Below the pieces are notes generated by a model that saw only the letters and a list, made by a program, of their open reading frames with translations, had not been told where the DNA came from and ran no database searches. From Saprospiraceae bacterium (GTDB lineage Bacteria; Bacteroidota; Bacteroidia; Chitinophagales; Saprospiraceae), in NCBI GenBank assembly GCA_026993525.1, contig JALWSS010000019.1:11096-75095 (forward strand): a stretch of 64,000 nucleotides of DNA. Direction: 5' to 3'. Below are positions 47,641 to 56,267 of the stretch, piece by piece. Each line of letters begins with the position of its first letter. Position 1 is the first letter of the stretch. The translations under genes and the position numbers were made by a program.

Positions 47641-47692
47641 ATGTTCATGGGATTATAATCAAAGTCGCACCTGCACGGTGCGATTTTTTTTT
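47641..47692 (+). terminator. Box D (identical 19-mer) plus strong terminator-like hairpin TCGCACC/GGTGCGA and T9
   Basis: Box at 47641-47659, hairpin at 47665-47683, T run at 47684-47692. It is on the plus strand, opposite to both flanking genes. Confidence 0.7.
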
Positions 47693-47788
47693 GCCCCTAC
47701 TCCATCCATCCTGGTATACCCAAGTCGAAGTAGTTTGGGAAAATTTCAGCTTTGAACTTCAGGAGGGGCTGGGAGTTTGGGTCCCGAA

Positions 47789-47806
47789 TCCCGAAAGCTT
47801 TCGGGA
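47789..47806. repeat. Hairpin family H4 (TCCCGAAAGCTTTCGGGA)
   Basis: Perfect 18-nt palindrome. Relatives at 50525-50542 (TCCCGAAGGCTTTCGGGA) and 51476-51489. Confidence 0.85.
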
Positions 47807-47854
47807 CCGGGATCGCCGCCCAAACCACTTCGTTTTGAGTATATAACCTCACCA

Positions 47855-48904
47855 CTACATGAAATCAACATCCACGTAATAGGGATAGCGCATCAGGTAG
47901 TCTATGGCCTCGCTGATGTCATAGCCTTCGTGAACCGCCCGGTACAGCATCTGGGTGATGGGCACGTGGAGCTTCAGGTGATCGGCCAGGTACTTGGCGA
48001 TGCGCAGGGTGCGGACACCTTCTGCAACTTCGGGCATGGAGTTGAGGATGTCGCCCGGTTTTTCGCCTTTGCCGAGGCGGTAGCCGAAGGTGAAGTTGCG
48101 GCTTCGGGAACTGGTAGCCGTGCATACGAGGTCGCCGATGCCGGCCGTTCCGACGAAAGGCTTTGGCGAAGAACCCAGGGCTTTTCCGAAGTAAATCATC
48201 TCCATCAGACCGCGGGTGATGAGCAGTGACTGGATGTTCTTTCCCATGCCCAGGCCCGACAGTATGCCGCTGCCGATGGCAATGATATTCTTCAATGCTC
48301 CCGCCAGCTCGGCACCTTTTATCTCATAGGTTCCGAAGACCTGAAAGCGACGGCTGCTCAACGTGGACTTTCCAAGTTCTATCACTTCGTCAAACTTACT
48401 GCCGATGACGGTGGCGGTCGGCTGACCCTCGAATATTTCCGAGGCAAGGTTGGGCCCGGAAAGGCAGCCCACCCTTACCACCACACTCTCCTCCCGTATC
48501 ACCTCGCTCATGGTGATGACACTGTTGGGCTTGATGCGGCCGTTTTCGAGGTCCTCTTCGGTTATTTTCCGAAGATCCAAACCTTTGGTGCCGTGAATCA
48601 GAATGTGGTAAGGATGCAGAAAAGGCGACAGGTCCTTCATCATCTGCCTGAAGTTGGCCGAAGGAACAATGGGAAAGATCAGCGTGCAGCGACCAGCAAT
48701 TTGTTCGAGATCGGTGGTGGCAGTGACATTTGGTGAAATAGCTACATCGAGGTTGGGGTGGTGGTGGCTTTTGTTGATTTCGTCCACCAGGTCCTGGTTT
48801 CTGCTGTAAAGCAAAACATCCGTATTGTGCGAAAGCAGGTTGCCGATGGCCGAGCCAAAACTGCCTGCGCCAATCACACCTACCACATTTGCTTTGCCTG
48901 CCAT
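47855..48904 (-). CDS. gpsA: NAD(P)H-dependent glycerol-3-phosphate dehydrogenase
   Basis: Start at ATG 48904 (MAGKANVVGVIGAGSFGSAIG). Typical GpsA length and C-terminal domain. Confidence 0.9.
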   Translation of the reverse strand: MAGKANVVGVIGAGSFGSAIGNLLSHNTDVLLYSRNQDLVDEINKSHHHPNLDVAISPNVTATTDLEQIAGRCTLIFPIVPSANFRQMMKDLSPFLHPYHILIHGTKGLDLRKITEEDLENGRIKPNSVITMSEVIREESVVVRVGCLSGPNLASEIFEGQPTATVIGSKFDEVIELGKSTLSSRRFQVFGTYEIKGAELAGALKNIIAIGSGILSGLGMGKNIQSLLITRGLMEMIYFGKALGSSPKPFVGTAGIGDLVCTATSSRSRNFTFGYRLGKGEKPGDILNSMPEVAEGVRTLRIAKYLADHLKLHVPITQMLYRAVHEGYDISEAIDYLMRYPYYVDVDFM

Positions 48905-49116
48905 ATCATTCCGGATGTTTAGCCGATTGGTTGCCGGGAGGAGATTTCCTCCGGGGCGGTAAAAGTAATGCTTTCCAAATTCAACCAATTCCTTTCCCGG
49001 TGGTTTCCGGGTATGTTGTTTCGGTATCGAATTTGACCCTCGGGTACACAACCGCCGGCAACCTTTACAATTATTGAAATCAAGACCTCTTGTTGATCAG
49101 GAACCCCACTTTCGTT

Positions 49117-50127
49117 ATGTTTTCTTCGCTCGTCACCTTCATTTTGTATGTCGCTGCGCAATTCTCCAATCACAGCCCCACCCGCACCGGATACAGCCAG
49201 CCCGAACAGCCGCTTTCCGGACCCGGCGGACAGGATTACCGACACGACGATGTGGTGATGTATGACTTCGCTTCGCAACCTGAGGGGTACTGGCTGTTTG
49301 AACCAGCCAGGCCGACACCTGCGGAAGCTCCCGTCGTGGTCTTCATTCACGGTTATGGCGGCTACAACCCCATGATCTACGGCGCCTGGATCCGGCACCT
49401 GGTCCGCAAGGGAAACATTGTCATTTACCCCCGCTACCAGAAAAACATGCTTTCACCCTCACCCGAACATTTTGCAGAGAATGTGGCTACTGCCATCCGG
49501 GATGCTTTGGCTGAGTTGAAAAAACCCGGGCACATTTCCGTTGATGAATCCGGGCTGGTATTTGTCGGCCATTCCTACGGCGGTGTGGTGGCTGCCGATC
49601 TGGCTGTCAACCATGAAAAATACGAAGTGCCGAAACCGGAGGCCATGTTCCTCTGTGCGCCGGGCTCGGGCAGTTTCAATGGCGGCCGGCTGGATGATTA
49701 CTCCGCCATGCCCGCCGGCATCAAACTGCTGATGGTGGTAAACGAAAACGACTGGGTGGTAGGCGATGAGCTCGCCCTCAAATTGTTCCGGGAAACCAAA
49801 CACCTCAAATACCGGAACCTGCTCCGCCAGGTGGCCGATGATTACGGAAGTCCGGCCATAGAAGCCCACCACAATCAGACCTATGCCCTCGACACCGTTT
49901 TCGATTCCGGCGCCCGGAACTACACCTCCAAACGGGCCCTGAAAATTGGCAGAACCGACGCGGTGGATTATTACTGCTATTGGAAATTGTGCGATGCCCT
50001 GCTGGATTTTGCCCGGACGGGCGATAACGAACACATCGCATTTGGCGGAACGCCGGAGCAGCTGTTCATGGGCCGTTGGAGCGACGGCACCCCCATCCGG
50101 CCACTGGAATTTTTCGAAGAAAACTGA
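49117..50127 (+). CDS. Alpha/beta hydrolase family protein
   Basis: N-terminal hydrophobic segment, VVVFIHGYGG, and the nucleophile elbow GHSYGG. Confidence 0.7.
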   Translation: MFSSLVTFILYVAAQFSNHSPTRTGYSQPEQPLSGPGGQDYRHDDVVMYDFASQPEGYWLFEPARPTPAEAPVVVFIHGYGGYNPMIYGAWIRHLVRKGNIVIYPRYQKNMLSPSPEHFAENVATAIRDALAELKKPGHISVDESGLVFVGHSYGGVVAADLAVNHEKYEVPKPEAMFLCAPGSGSFNGGRLDDYSAMPAGIKLLMVVNENDWVVGDELALKLFRETKHLKYRNLLRQVADDYGSPAIEAHHNQTYALDTVFDSGARNYTSKRALKIGRTDAVDYYCYWKLCDALLDFARTGDNEHIAFGGTPEQLFMGRWSDGTPIRPLEFFEEN

Positions 50128-50475
50128 TCAGCTATTTTCCAGAATGGCTTTCAGCGCCACAGCGTTGTTTTGCACTTCGTCTTTCTTCGCAAACAGGAAG
50201 GTGATACTGCCATGTTCGATTTCGATGGCCCGCAATTGTTGAAGCAAATCCTCCTTTTGTCCGAGCTCTTTTCTGTATCGCTTCGCAAATTCCTCCCGGA
50301 TCCCCTGGCCACCGTACAGCCATTTTCCCATTTCGTTGCAGGGAGCCACTTCCTTTAGTCAAAGGCCCACCCGGGCATGTTCTCTCTTCAGGCCCCCCGG
50401 CCACAGCCGGTCCACCAGAATGCGGTAGCCATCATCGGAGGCCGGCGCTTCGTAAATTCTCCTCGTTCTAATCAT
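50128..50475 (-). pseudogene. DUF488 (YeaO-like) gene interrupted by in-frame TGA at the conserved Trp codon
   Basis: ATG at 50475. Reads MIRTRRIYEAPASDDGYRILVDRLWPGGLKREHARVGL-TGA(50359-50361)-LKEVAPCNEMGKW...LFAKKDEVQNNAVALKAILENS, 116 codons in one frame. Confidence 0.75.
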
Positions 50476-50501
50476 GTGTTATGCAGTAATTGTCTGTCAG
50501 T

Positions 50502-51371
50502 TCAACCTCCTCTTAACCTCCCGATCCCGAAGGCTTTCGGGAGACTCGGGATCAACCTCCCCACCAACTCCCTCACCAGCATCTGCACCCTTGGGCTTAC
50601 CTCCTTCACGGTGGCGATAACCGATTCCACGGTAGTTTCCCGGATGCACCCGATGGGGTAGCTTTTGTTGGACACCACCGACACTACGAAACTTCGCATG
50701 CCCATGTGATGTGCTGCGATCACTTCCGGTACGGTGGACATACCCACCACATCGCCTCCTATCCGGTGCAGAAACTCGTATTCTGCGGGCGTTTCCAGGT
50801 TGGGGCCCGGCAGGCTGGCATACACACCCGTATGTGCCCTTATCCCTTTTTCTTCGGCAATTTGGCGGGCGGCATCCAGCAGGGTTGGATCATAAGTGTG
50901 CAGCATGTCCGGAAAGCGGGGTCCCAGTTCGTCTTCGTTGGGTCCTCGCAGCGGGTTGGCCGGCTGCAGGTTGATGTGATCTTTGATGAATACCAGATCG
51001 CCGGCTTCGTAGTCAGGGTTTGTGGAACCGGCGGCATTGGACGCAATGAGCACCTCTGCTCCCAACAATCGCATCACCCGCACCGGAAACACCACCTCCT
51101 GCATGGAGTAGCCTTCGTAATAGTGCAAGCGGCCGGCCATGGCCACCACCTGTACCCCTTCTATTGTTCCGAAAATCAGCTGGCCCCGGTGCCCCGGAGC
51201 GGTGGGATTGGGAAAGTGCGGGATGTCTTCATAGTCAATTGAAGTTGGGTTTTCTATTTCATCGGCGAGTTCGCTCAGGCCGGTTCCCAGAATAATTGCC
51301 ACCGAAGGTGGTGAAGAAAAATGTTGTTTCAAAAAATCTACGGCCTCCACGAGGCTGCCCATCAATTGCAT
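50502..51371 (-). CDS. Purine nucleoside phosphorylase (PunA/PNP family 2)
   Basis: GHRGQLIFG...GRLHYYEGY...ASNAAGS...GMSTVPEV motifs. The last ~16 codons are encoded by a hairpin repeat element. Confidence 0.9.
   Translation of the reverse strand: MQLMGSLVEAVDFLKQHFSSPPSVAIILGTGLSELADEIENPTSIDYEDIPHFPNPTAPGHRGQLIFGTIEGVQVVAMAGRLHYYEGYSMQEVVFPVRVMRLLGAEVLIASNAAGSTNPDYEAGDLVFIKDHINLQPANPLRGPNEDELGPRFPDMLHTYDPTLLDAARQIAEEKGIRAHTGVYASLPGPNLETPAEYEFLHRIGGDVVGMSTVPEVIAAHHMGMRSFVVSVVSNKSYPIGCIRETTVESVIATVKEVSPRVQMLVRELVGRLIPSLPKAFGIGRLRGG
50504..50561. repeat. Composite hairpin element (CAACCTCC direct repeats flanking GATCCCGA...TCGGGATC and H4 palindrome)
   Basis: Read directly. A degenerate relative lies at 63094-63134. 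Confidence 0.8.
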
Positions 51372-51498
51372 AGCTGTTTGGGTTTTGACAAGAACAAGGT
51401 TCCGCCGGTAAGAAGCTTTTGCGGTTGGGCTTAGATTCAGGGGTCAACGATTACCCGCTCCAACCGCGCCCGATACCGAAAACTTTCGGTGGCAGGTC

Positions 51499-51575
51499 CA
51501 AACTGCCAACCGCCAACCGATAACCGATAACCGATAACCGATAACCGATAACCGATAACCGATAACCGATAACTG
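51499..51575. repeat. Heptamer array (CAAACTG, 2x CCAACCG, 7x ATAACCG, ATAACTG)
   Basis: Read directly. It ends 4 nt from the stop codon of the type-B T9SS gene and is preceded by hairpin 51476-51489. Confidence 0.95.
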
Positions 51576-51579
51576 CCCT

Positions 51580-54333
51580 TCACCTCACCAGCGTCACATC
51601 TCCTTCAAACAGCACCACCACGCCGTCAATGAATTCCACTTCGGCGTAATAGGCAAACACGGCGGGGTCCATCAATTGGCCTTTGAAGGTGCCGTCCCAG
51701 CCCGTTTTTTCGTCATTCAAGGGCAGGTTGAAGCCCTCGTAGACCAGCCCGCCCCAGCGGTTGAAAACCCGGAAGGTGAGCACCGAACGTGCCGCCGGGC
51801 CGCCGTACACAGAGAAGAAATCGTTGATGCCGTCATTGTTTGGTGAGAAAGCCGAAGGGATGTAAACCGGCCGTATCACGTTCACATTAACGATTACCGA
51901 ATCGGCAGCCGAGCAGCCATCGCCATCCACGGCTGTCAGCACATAGGTGGTGGTGGTGAATGGCTGAGCGGTCGGGTTGGTGCAGTCTGAACAGGTGAGT
52001 GTTTCCGCAGGTGTCCAGCTAAGGGTCACCGGAATGCCCATCGGGGTCACAACGCCATTCAGGTTAACGGTGTAACCGAGGTCAACCACCTGGTCTTCGC
52101 CGGCGTACACCACCAGCGGCGGTGGTTGGGTAATGGTGGCCGGCTGGGTCAACAGACAGCCTCTCGCATCGCGCAGGTACACGGTGTAGTCACCGGCGAA
52201 CAGATTGCTCAGTGCCGGATCGGTCTGGAAGTCGGTGCCATCCAGGCTGTATTCGTAAGGTGGTGTTCCTCCTTCGGCAATGACGTTGATGATGCCACTG
52301 TTGAATCCAAAACAGACGACGTGCTGAAGGTCCAGCCCCATGGCCAGCGGCGGTGGCTCGATGATGCCGGCGGAAGAGGTGGTGGTACAGCCATTGGCGT
52401 CGGTCACTGTCAGCTCGTAATTTCCTTCGGGTAAATTGCTGATGGTTTGGGTGTTTCCGTTGTTGCTCCACGCGTAAGTGTAGTTGCCTGCGCCCCCTTC
52501 CGGCATGGCGGTGATGCTGCCGTCCACCTCGCCGAAGCAACTGATGTCGGTCGGATCAAGGCCGAGCAACAGCGGCGGAAAATCTTCAACAGTGATGTCA
52601 AAAGTGGCGTCGCAGCCGGCGGCGTCAATCACATACACCTGGTAGGTGCCGGCAGCAATATTTGTCAGAAAGCTGTCGGGTTGCAGGCCGCTGCCAAAGT
52701 CGTACTGGATGGGATAATTGGCAATGGCAATGCTGATGGAGATGCTGCCGTCGCTGTCGCCGTTGCAGGTGGGTGGGTTTACGGGGTTCACGCCGGCCTG
52801 AAGGCTGAGGCCTTCGGGCACTATGACGTCCAGGTCGGTGCGGCAGCCATTGGCGGAAACGACTCCAACACTGTAAGTGCCGGTTTCGACATTAAGCAGG
52901 AAGCTGTCGGGTACCAGTACGCCGGAGTTTTGCCACTCAAACTGGAAGGGTGCAGGGGCGCCACCGGCACTCAGGTAAATGCCCCCTGTCTGGTCGTTGG
53001 GGCCGCAATAGTCGCTCACCACAGTCGGGGTCACTTCCGGGCTGGGCAGGATTTCTATCGTCTTAATGCTGGTGACGATACAGCCTTCCTCATTGGTCAC
53101 TTTCAGCACGATGGACTTGACACCCGGCGTAGAATAGCTGACGGTGTGGGGCCCCTGCCCGCTGGCGGAGGCCGGTGAGGCTCCGGGGCCAAAGGTCCAT
53201 TCCCATGATGCGATGGGGTCCACGCTGTTTGAGTTGTCGGTGAAGATGATGTCCTGATTCGTGCAGGCCGTGAGCGGAGGTGCGGTGGTAAAATCGGCTT
53301 CCGGTCCCTGGAATGTTCCGGAACCGCCAAAGTCAATGGTGAAGCCGTTGCCGGTGTTGGAAAAGTTGTTGATGATGAGGGCATACGACTTGCCTGCCTC
53401 CATTACCAGGGCCGAAACGAAGTTGTTCTGGCCGGGGGCACAGCCGGGAAATTCATCGGTATCGGTTTCGCTGTTGCTGAGGCCGGTTGCACCGGTGCAG
53501 GGCTCCCAGTTGGAAAAGGGCTGGCCCACGTTTTCACCGGCTGCTTCACAACGCACTTTCACTTTGTTGGCGCAGTCGTCTATGCCACCGGGCAATTCGA
53601 AAACGGCGAAGTCAATGTCATCGGAGGGGTTGTTGGGGGTGATGGTAAAGGTCAGGGTGCCGGGGTCTTTGCAGGTCCATCGGTACCATGCGGAGGCGAA
53701 TTCAGAGCCGATGCAAATGCCGGGGTCTATCTCGTTGTTGAGCAGGCCAGTGCCCACCAGGTTGCCGACGGTAAAAGAAGACTTGTCGCAAAGGATGGGG
53801 CCGGTGGGGCAGTCACCGCTGGGGCTGGGCACGGCGTTGAAGTTGTTGATGCAAAGCTGGAATGTTCCGGTGCCGCCATTGCGGGCATCCACCCTGATGT
53901 AATAGGTCTGGCCCACTTGCAGTGGCCCGGCAAAGGTCTCAGCCACTCCGGTACCGAAGCCGTCGGAGGCGCATTGCAGCTCTGTAAATCCTCCGGTGCA
54001 GTTGCCGCTGTAAATCACAAACTGGGGGTTTTCCATGGTGCCACCGGGGGGTATCTGGCCAGAAGTGCTGCCGACGACCGTTACGGCCAGGTCGGTGGCC
54101 TGCGCCACGAAAGAGAACCACACATCGTGGGTTACATCCGGAAAACAGGTGGGCTGGATGAAGGGGTCGAGTGTGGCACCGCTGTTGGTGTAGGCCGCTT
54201 TTGCACTGCACCAACTGTCGAGGTCAGTGAGCTGAATGGCATTGGAACAGAGGTCGTTTGCCGGTTGGGCCGACAGGCCCGAAGACAAAAACAAAAAAGA
54301 AAGGAAAACCAGAAGGCGGCGATGTGCGGTCAT
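51580..54333 (-). CDS. Large surface protein with PKD/SprB-type repeats and T9SS type-B (gliding-motility-associated) C-terminal domain
   Basis: Signal MTAHRRLLVFLSFLFLSSGLSAQ. A PKD-like segment (WEWTFGPGASPASASGQGPHTVSY) and SprB-type repeats (C-x-G...G-x-I...GG-x-x-PY-x-Y). C-terminus IPSAFSPNNDGINDFF...FNRWGGLVY...GWDG... is the type-B CTD signature. Confidence 0.85.
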   Translation of the reverse strand: MTAHRRLLVFLSFLFLSSGLSAQPANDLCSNAIQLTDLDSWCSAKAAYTNSGATLDPFIQPTCFPDVTHDVWFSFVAQATDLAVTVVGSTSGQIPPGGTMENPQFVIYSGNCTGGFTELQCASDGFGTGVAETFAGPLQVGQTYYIRVDARNGGTGTFQLCINNFNAVPSPSGDCPTGPILCDKSSFTVGNLVGTGLLNNEIDPGICIGSEFASAWYRWTCKDPGTLTFTITPNNPSDDIDFAVFELPGGIDDCANKVKVRCEAAGENVGQPFSNWEPCTGATGLSNSETDTDEFPGCAPGQNNFVSALVMEAGKSYALIINNFSNTGNGFTIDFGGSGTFQGPEADFTTAPPLTACTNQDIIFTDNSNSVDPIASWEWTFGPGASPASASGQGPHTVSYSTPGVKSIVLKVTNEEGCIVTSIKTIEILPSPEVTPTVVSDYCGPNDQTGGIYLSAGGAPAPFQFEWQNSGVLVPDSFLLNVETGTYSVGVVSANGCRTDLDVIVPEGLSLQAGVNPVNPPTCNGDSDGSISISIAIANYPIQYDFGSGLQPDSFLTNIAAGTYQVYVIDAAGCDATFDITVEDFPPLLLGLDPTDISCFGEVDGSITAMPEGGAGNYTYAWSNNGNTQTISNLPEGNYELTVTDANGCTTTSSAGIIEPPPLAMGLDLQHVVCFGFNSGIINVIAEGGTPPYEYSLDGTDFQTDPALSNLFAGDYTVYLRDARGCLLTQPATITQPPPLVVYAGEDQVVDLGYTVNLNGVVTPMGIPVTLSWTPAETLTCSDCTNPTAQPFTTTTYVLTAVDGDGCSAADSVIVNVNVIRPVYIPSAFSPNNDGINDFFSVYGGPAARSVLTFRVFNRWGGLVYEGFNLPLNDEKTGWDGTFKGQLMDPAVFAYYAEVEFIDGVVVLFEGDVTLVR

Positions 54334-54616
54334 GCTGTATGTATTTCGTAAACGGTTGGGGTTTGGGTGGATTTACAAACTGAACGATCTAAAGGTTTAC
54401 AATGCTTCTGACAACGAAAGTGTTTTGACAAAAGTACAACATTAGTGATGCGGGGCTGACAAAGGCCGGGAAGAGCGTTCTTGCCGGTTTCCCTCTTAGC
54501 TTTCGGAAAAATGTACTTTTGCACACTGCCTATCCTGTTCCGGTTGTGGTTCAGGTTTTTCTCCGAAGGAAAAGACCCCGGTTTGTCCTGTACCGTTGGG
54601 CAATTGCAGAAAGACG

Positions 54617-55330
54617 ATGAAAAAAAACATTCCCAATTTCATCACCCTGGTCAATCTGTTCCTGGGGTGTTGTGCCCTGGCAAGTATCATGTATGGCCAG
54701 TTCGTTCAGGCATTTTTCTTCAGTCTGGCAAGCGGTGTTGCCGATTTTCTGGATGGCACCCTGGCCCGTTGGCTCAAGGTGAAGTCGGAATTCGGCACCC
54801 AATTGGATTCCCTGGCCGACATGGTTTCTTTCGGGGTGGTGCCGGGGGCGGTGCTTTACATCCTGCTCGTCAAAGGCTTTGCCGGGCGTGAGGTGCTGCC
54901 CATAGAGCTGACCCTTGCTGCAGCACCCGCTTTTCTGGTGACCCTCTTCGCCGCCATCCGGCTGGCAATCTTCAACATAGATGACTGCCAGCGGGAGAAC
55001 TTCCTCGGAATGCCGACTCCTTCTGCAACGATGTTCTGTGTCGGATTGCTGCTTATCTACCATTTTGACTCTTTCGGCATGGGCCATCTCGTAACGCAGC
55101 CCTACTTTCTGTATCCGGTTATCGCAATACTCAGCGGCCTGATGGTAGCCCGTTTTCCGATGTTCGGCATGAAGTTCAAAAACCTCTCATGGGCAGGCAA
55201 TGAAATCCGGATTATCTTTGCCGCTTCGGCCTTGCTGATGATGCTGTTGCTGCACGAAGCCAGCTTTTCGCTCATCGTTTTGGCTTACATCCTTTTTTCT
55301 ACCATTGACAATTATGTGCTGAAGCATTGA
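54617..55330 (+). CDS. pssA: CDP-diacylglycerol--serine O-phosphatidyltransferase (CDP-alcohol phosphatidyltransferase family)
   Basis: Start at ATG 54617. Motif DFLDGTLARWLKVKSEFGTQLDSLADMV (D-x2-DG-x2-AR...G-x3-D-x3-D). Multi-TM. Confidence 0.8.
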   Translation: MKKNIPNFITLVNLFLGCCALASIMYGQFVQAFFFSLASGVADFLDGTLARWLKVKSEFGTQLDSLADMVSFGVVPGAVLYILLVKGFAGREVLPIELTLAAAPAFLVTLFAAIRLAIFNIDDCQRENFLGMPTPSATMFCVGLLLIYHFDSFGMGHLVTQPYFLYPVIAILSGLMVARFPMFGMKFKNLSWAGNEIRIIFAASALLMMLLLHEASFSLIVLAYILFSTIDNYVLKH

Positions 55331-55395
55331 CTGGCCGAATGCTGAAATGTGCTCCGGCCAATGTTTTGCGCTTCGTTCCAAAACCAGAGCAAACC

Positions 55396-56250
55396 ATGAT
55401 AAAATTTGCCAGTGTAAACGGTGAAATAGTGCCCGCTGACAGCGCATGTCTTGGCATCACTGACCTTGGGTTCCTCCGAGGCTACGGCATGTTTGATTTC
55501 TTGCTCATTAAAAACGGGCAGCCACTTTTTGTGGAGGATTACCTCGACCGTTTCTGGCGTTCGGCCCACCAGCTAAAACTCAAGGTGCCCCTCGACCGGG
55601 AGCAACTCATAGCCCACATTCACCAGCTCATCGGGTCCAACGGCCTCGCCGATGCATCCATCCGCCTGGTACTCACCGGAGGCTATGCCTCCGATGGTTA
55701 TTCTCCTTCGGAAAACGCCAACCTGGTCATTCTGGAACACGAATACCCCACCTGCCACCCCGACAAATACGAGAAAGGGATCAGCCTGCTGTTGCACGAG
55801 TACCAGCGCCAGTTTCCCGCCATCAAAACCACCAATTATGTCGTCGGAATACTGATGCGGGAACAACTTCAAAAAGCCGGAGCAGATGACCTTCTCTTTT
55901 ACCAAAACGGGTTTATCACCGAAACCACCCGGGCCAACTTCTTCATCGTCACACCCGAAGGGGGCATCGTTACCGCCGGCGAGGGTATCCTGGAAGGCAT
56001 CACCCGCAAACACACCCTCATGCTGGCCCGGAAGCACTATCAGGTGGAAATGCGGCAGCCCGAAGTTGAGGAACTCAAAACCGCCAAAGAAGCATTCATC
56101 ACCAGCAGCACAAAACGGGTGATGCCGGTGGTGCAGGTCAGCGACATCGTCATCGGCAATGGAAAACCGGGGCCCGTCAGTGCCCACTTGCTGGAATTGC
56201 TGAAAGAGGCTGAAACAGCTTATCTGCAAAACGACGCCAGGGTAAGCTAA
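55396..56250 (+). CDS. Class IV (fold type IV) aminotransferase
   Basis: Start at ATG 55396 (MIKFASVNGEIV). DLGFLRGYGMFDF... and ...EGITR... are typical of branched-chain / D-amino-acid aminotransferases. Confidence 0.8.
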   Translation: MIKFASVNGEIVPADSACLGITDLGFLRGYGMFDFLLIKNGQPLFVEDYLDRFWRSAHQLKLKVPLDREQLIAHIHQLIGSNGLADASIRLVLTGGYASDGYSPSENANLVILEHEYPTCHPDKYEKGISLLLHEYQRQFPAIKTTNYVVGILMREQLQKAGADDLLFYQNGFITETTRANFFIVTPEGGIVTAGEGILEGITRKHTLMLARKHYQVEMRQPEVEELKTAKEAFITSSTKRVMPVVQVSDIVIGNGKPGPVSAHLLELLKEAETAYLQNDARVS

Positions 56251-56267
56251 GATTGCAATAAATACCA

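Noticed and set aside
47259-47692. CRISPR-like array, integron attC cassettes, or coding mini-ORFs (MFMGL on plus; MNIF... on minus) for the box/hairpin units
   Set aside because: - Spacing is irregular and only the 19-mer is conserved, so this is not CRISPR.
- I could not support R'/R'' core sites typical of attC.
- The mini-ORFs share only the residues encoded by the conserved nucleotides, and they run through hairpins.
47469-47846. 125-aa ORF in the mfd-gpsA gap
   Set aside because: It crosses three hairpins and a T9 tract, shows no start context, and has no recognisable protein features.
50359-50361. Genetic-code reassignment (UGA=Trp or Gly) to explain the in-frame TGA
   Set aside because: Many well-supported genes in the window terminate at TGA at the expected protein ends (for example 1360, 8831, 62817). 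A local nonsense change is the simpler explanation.
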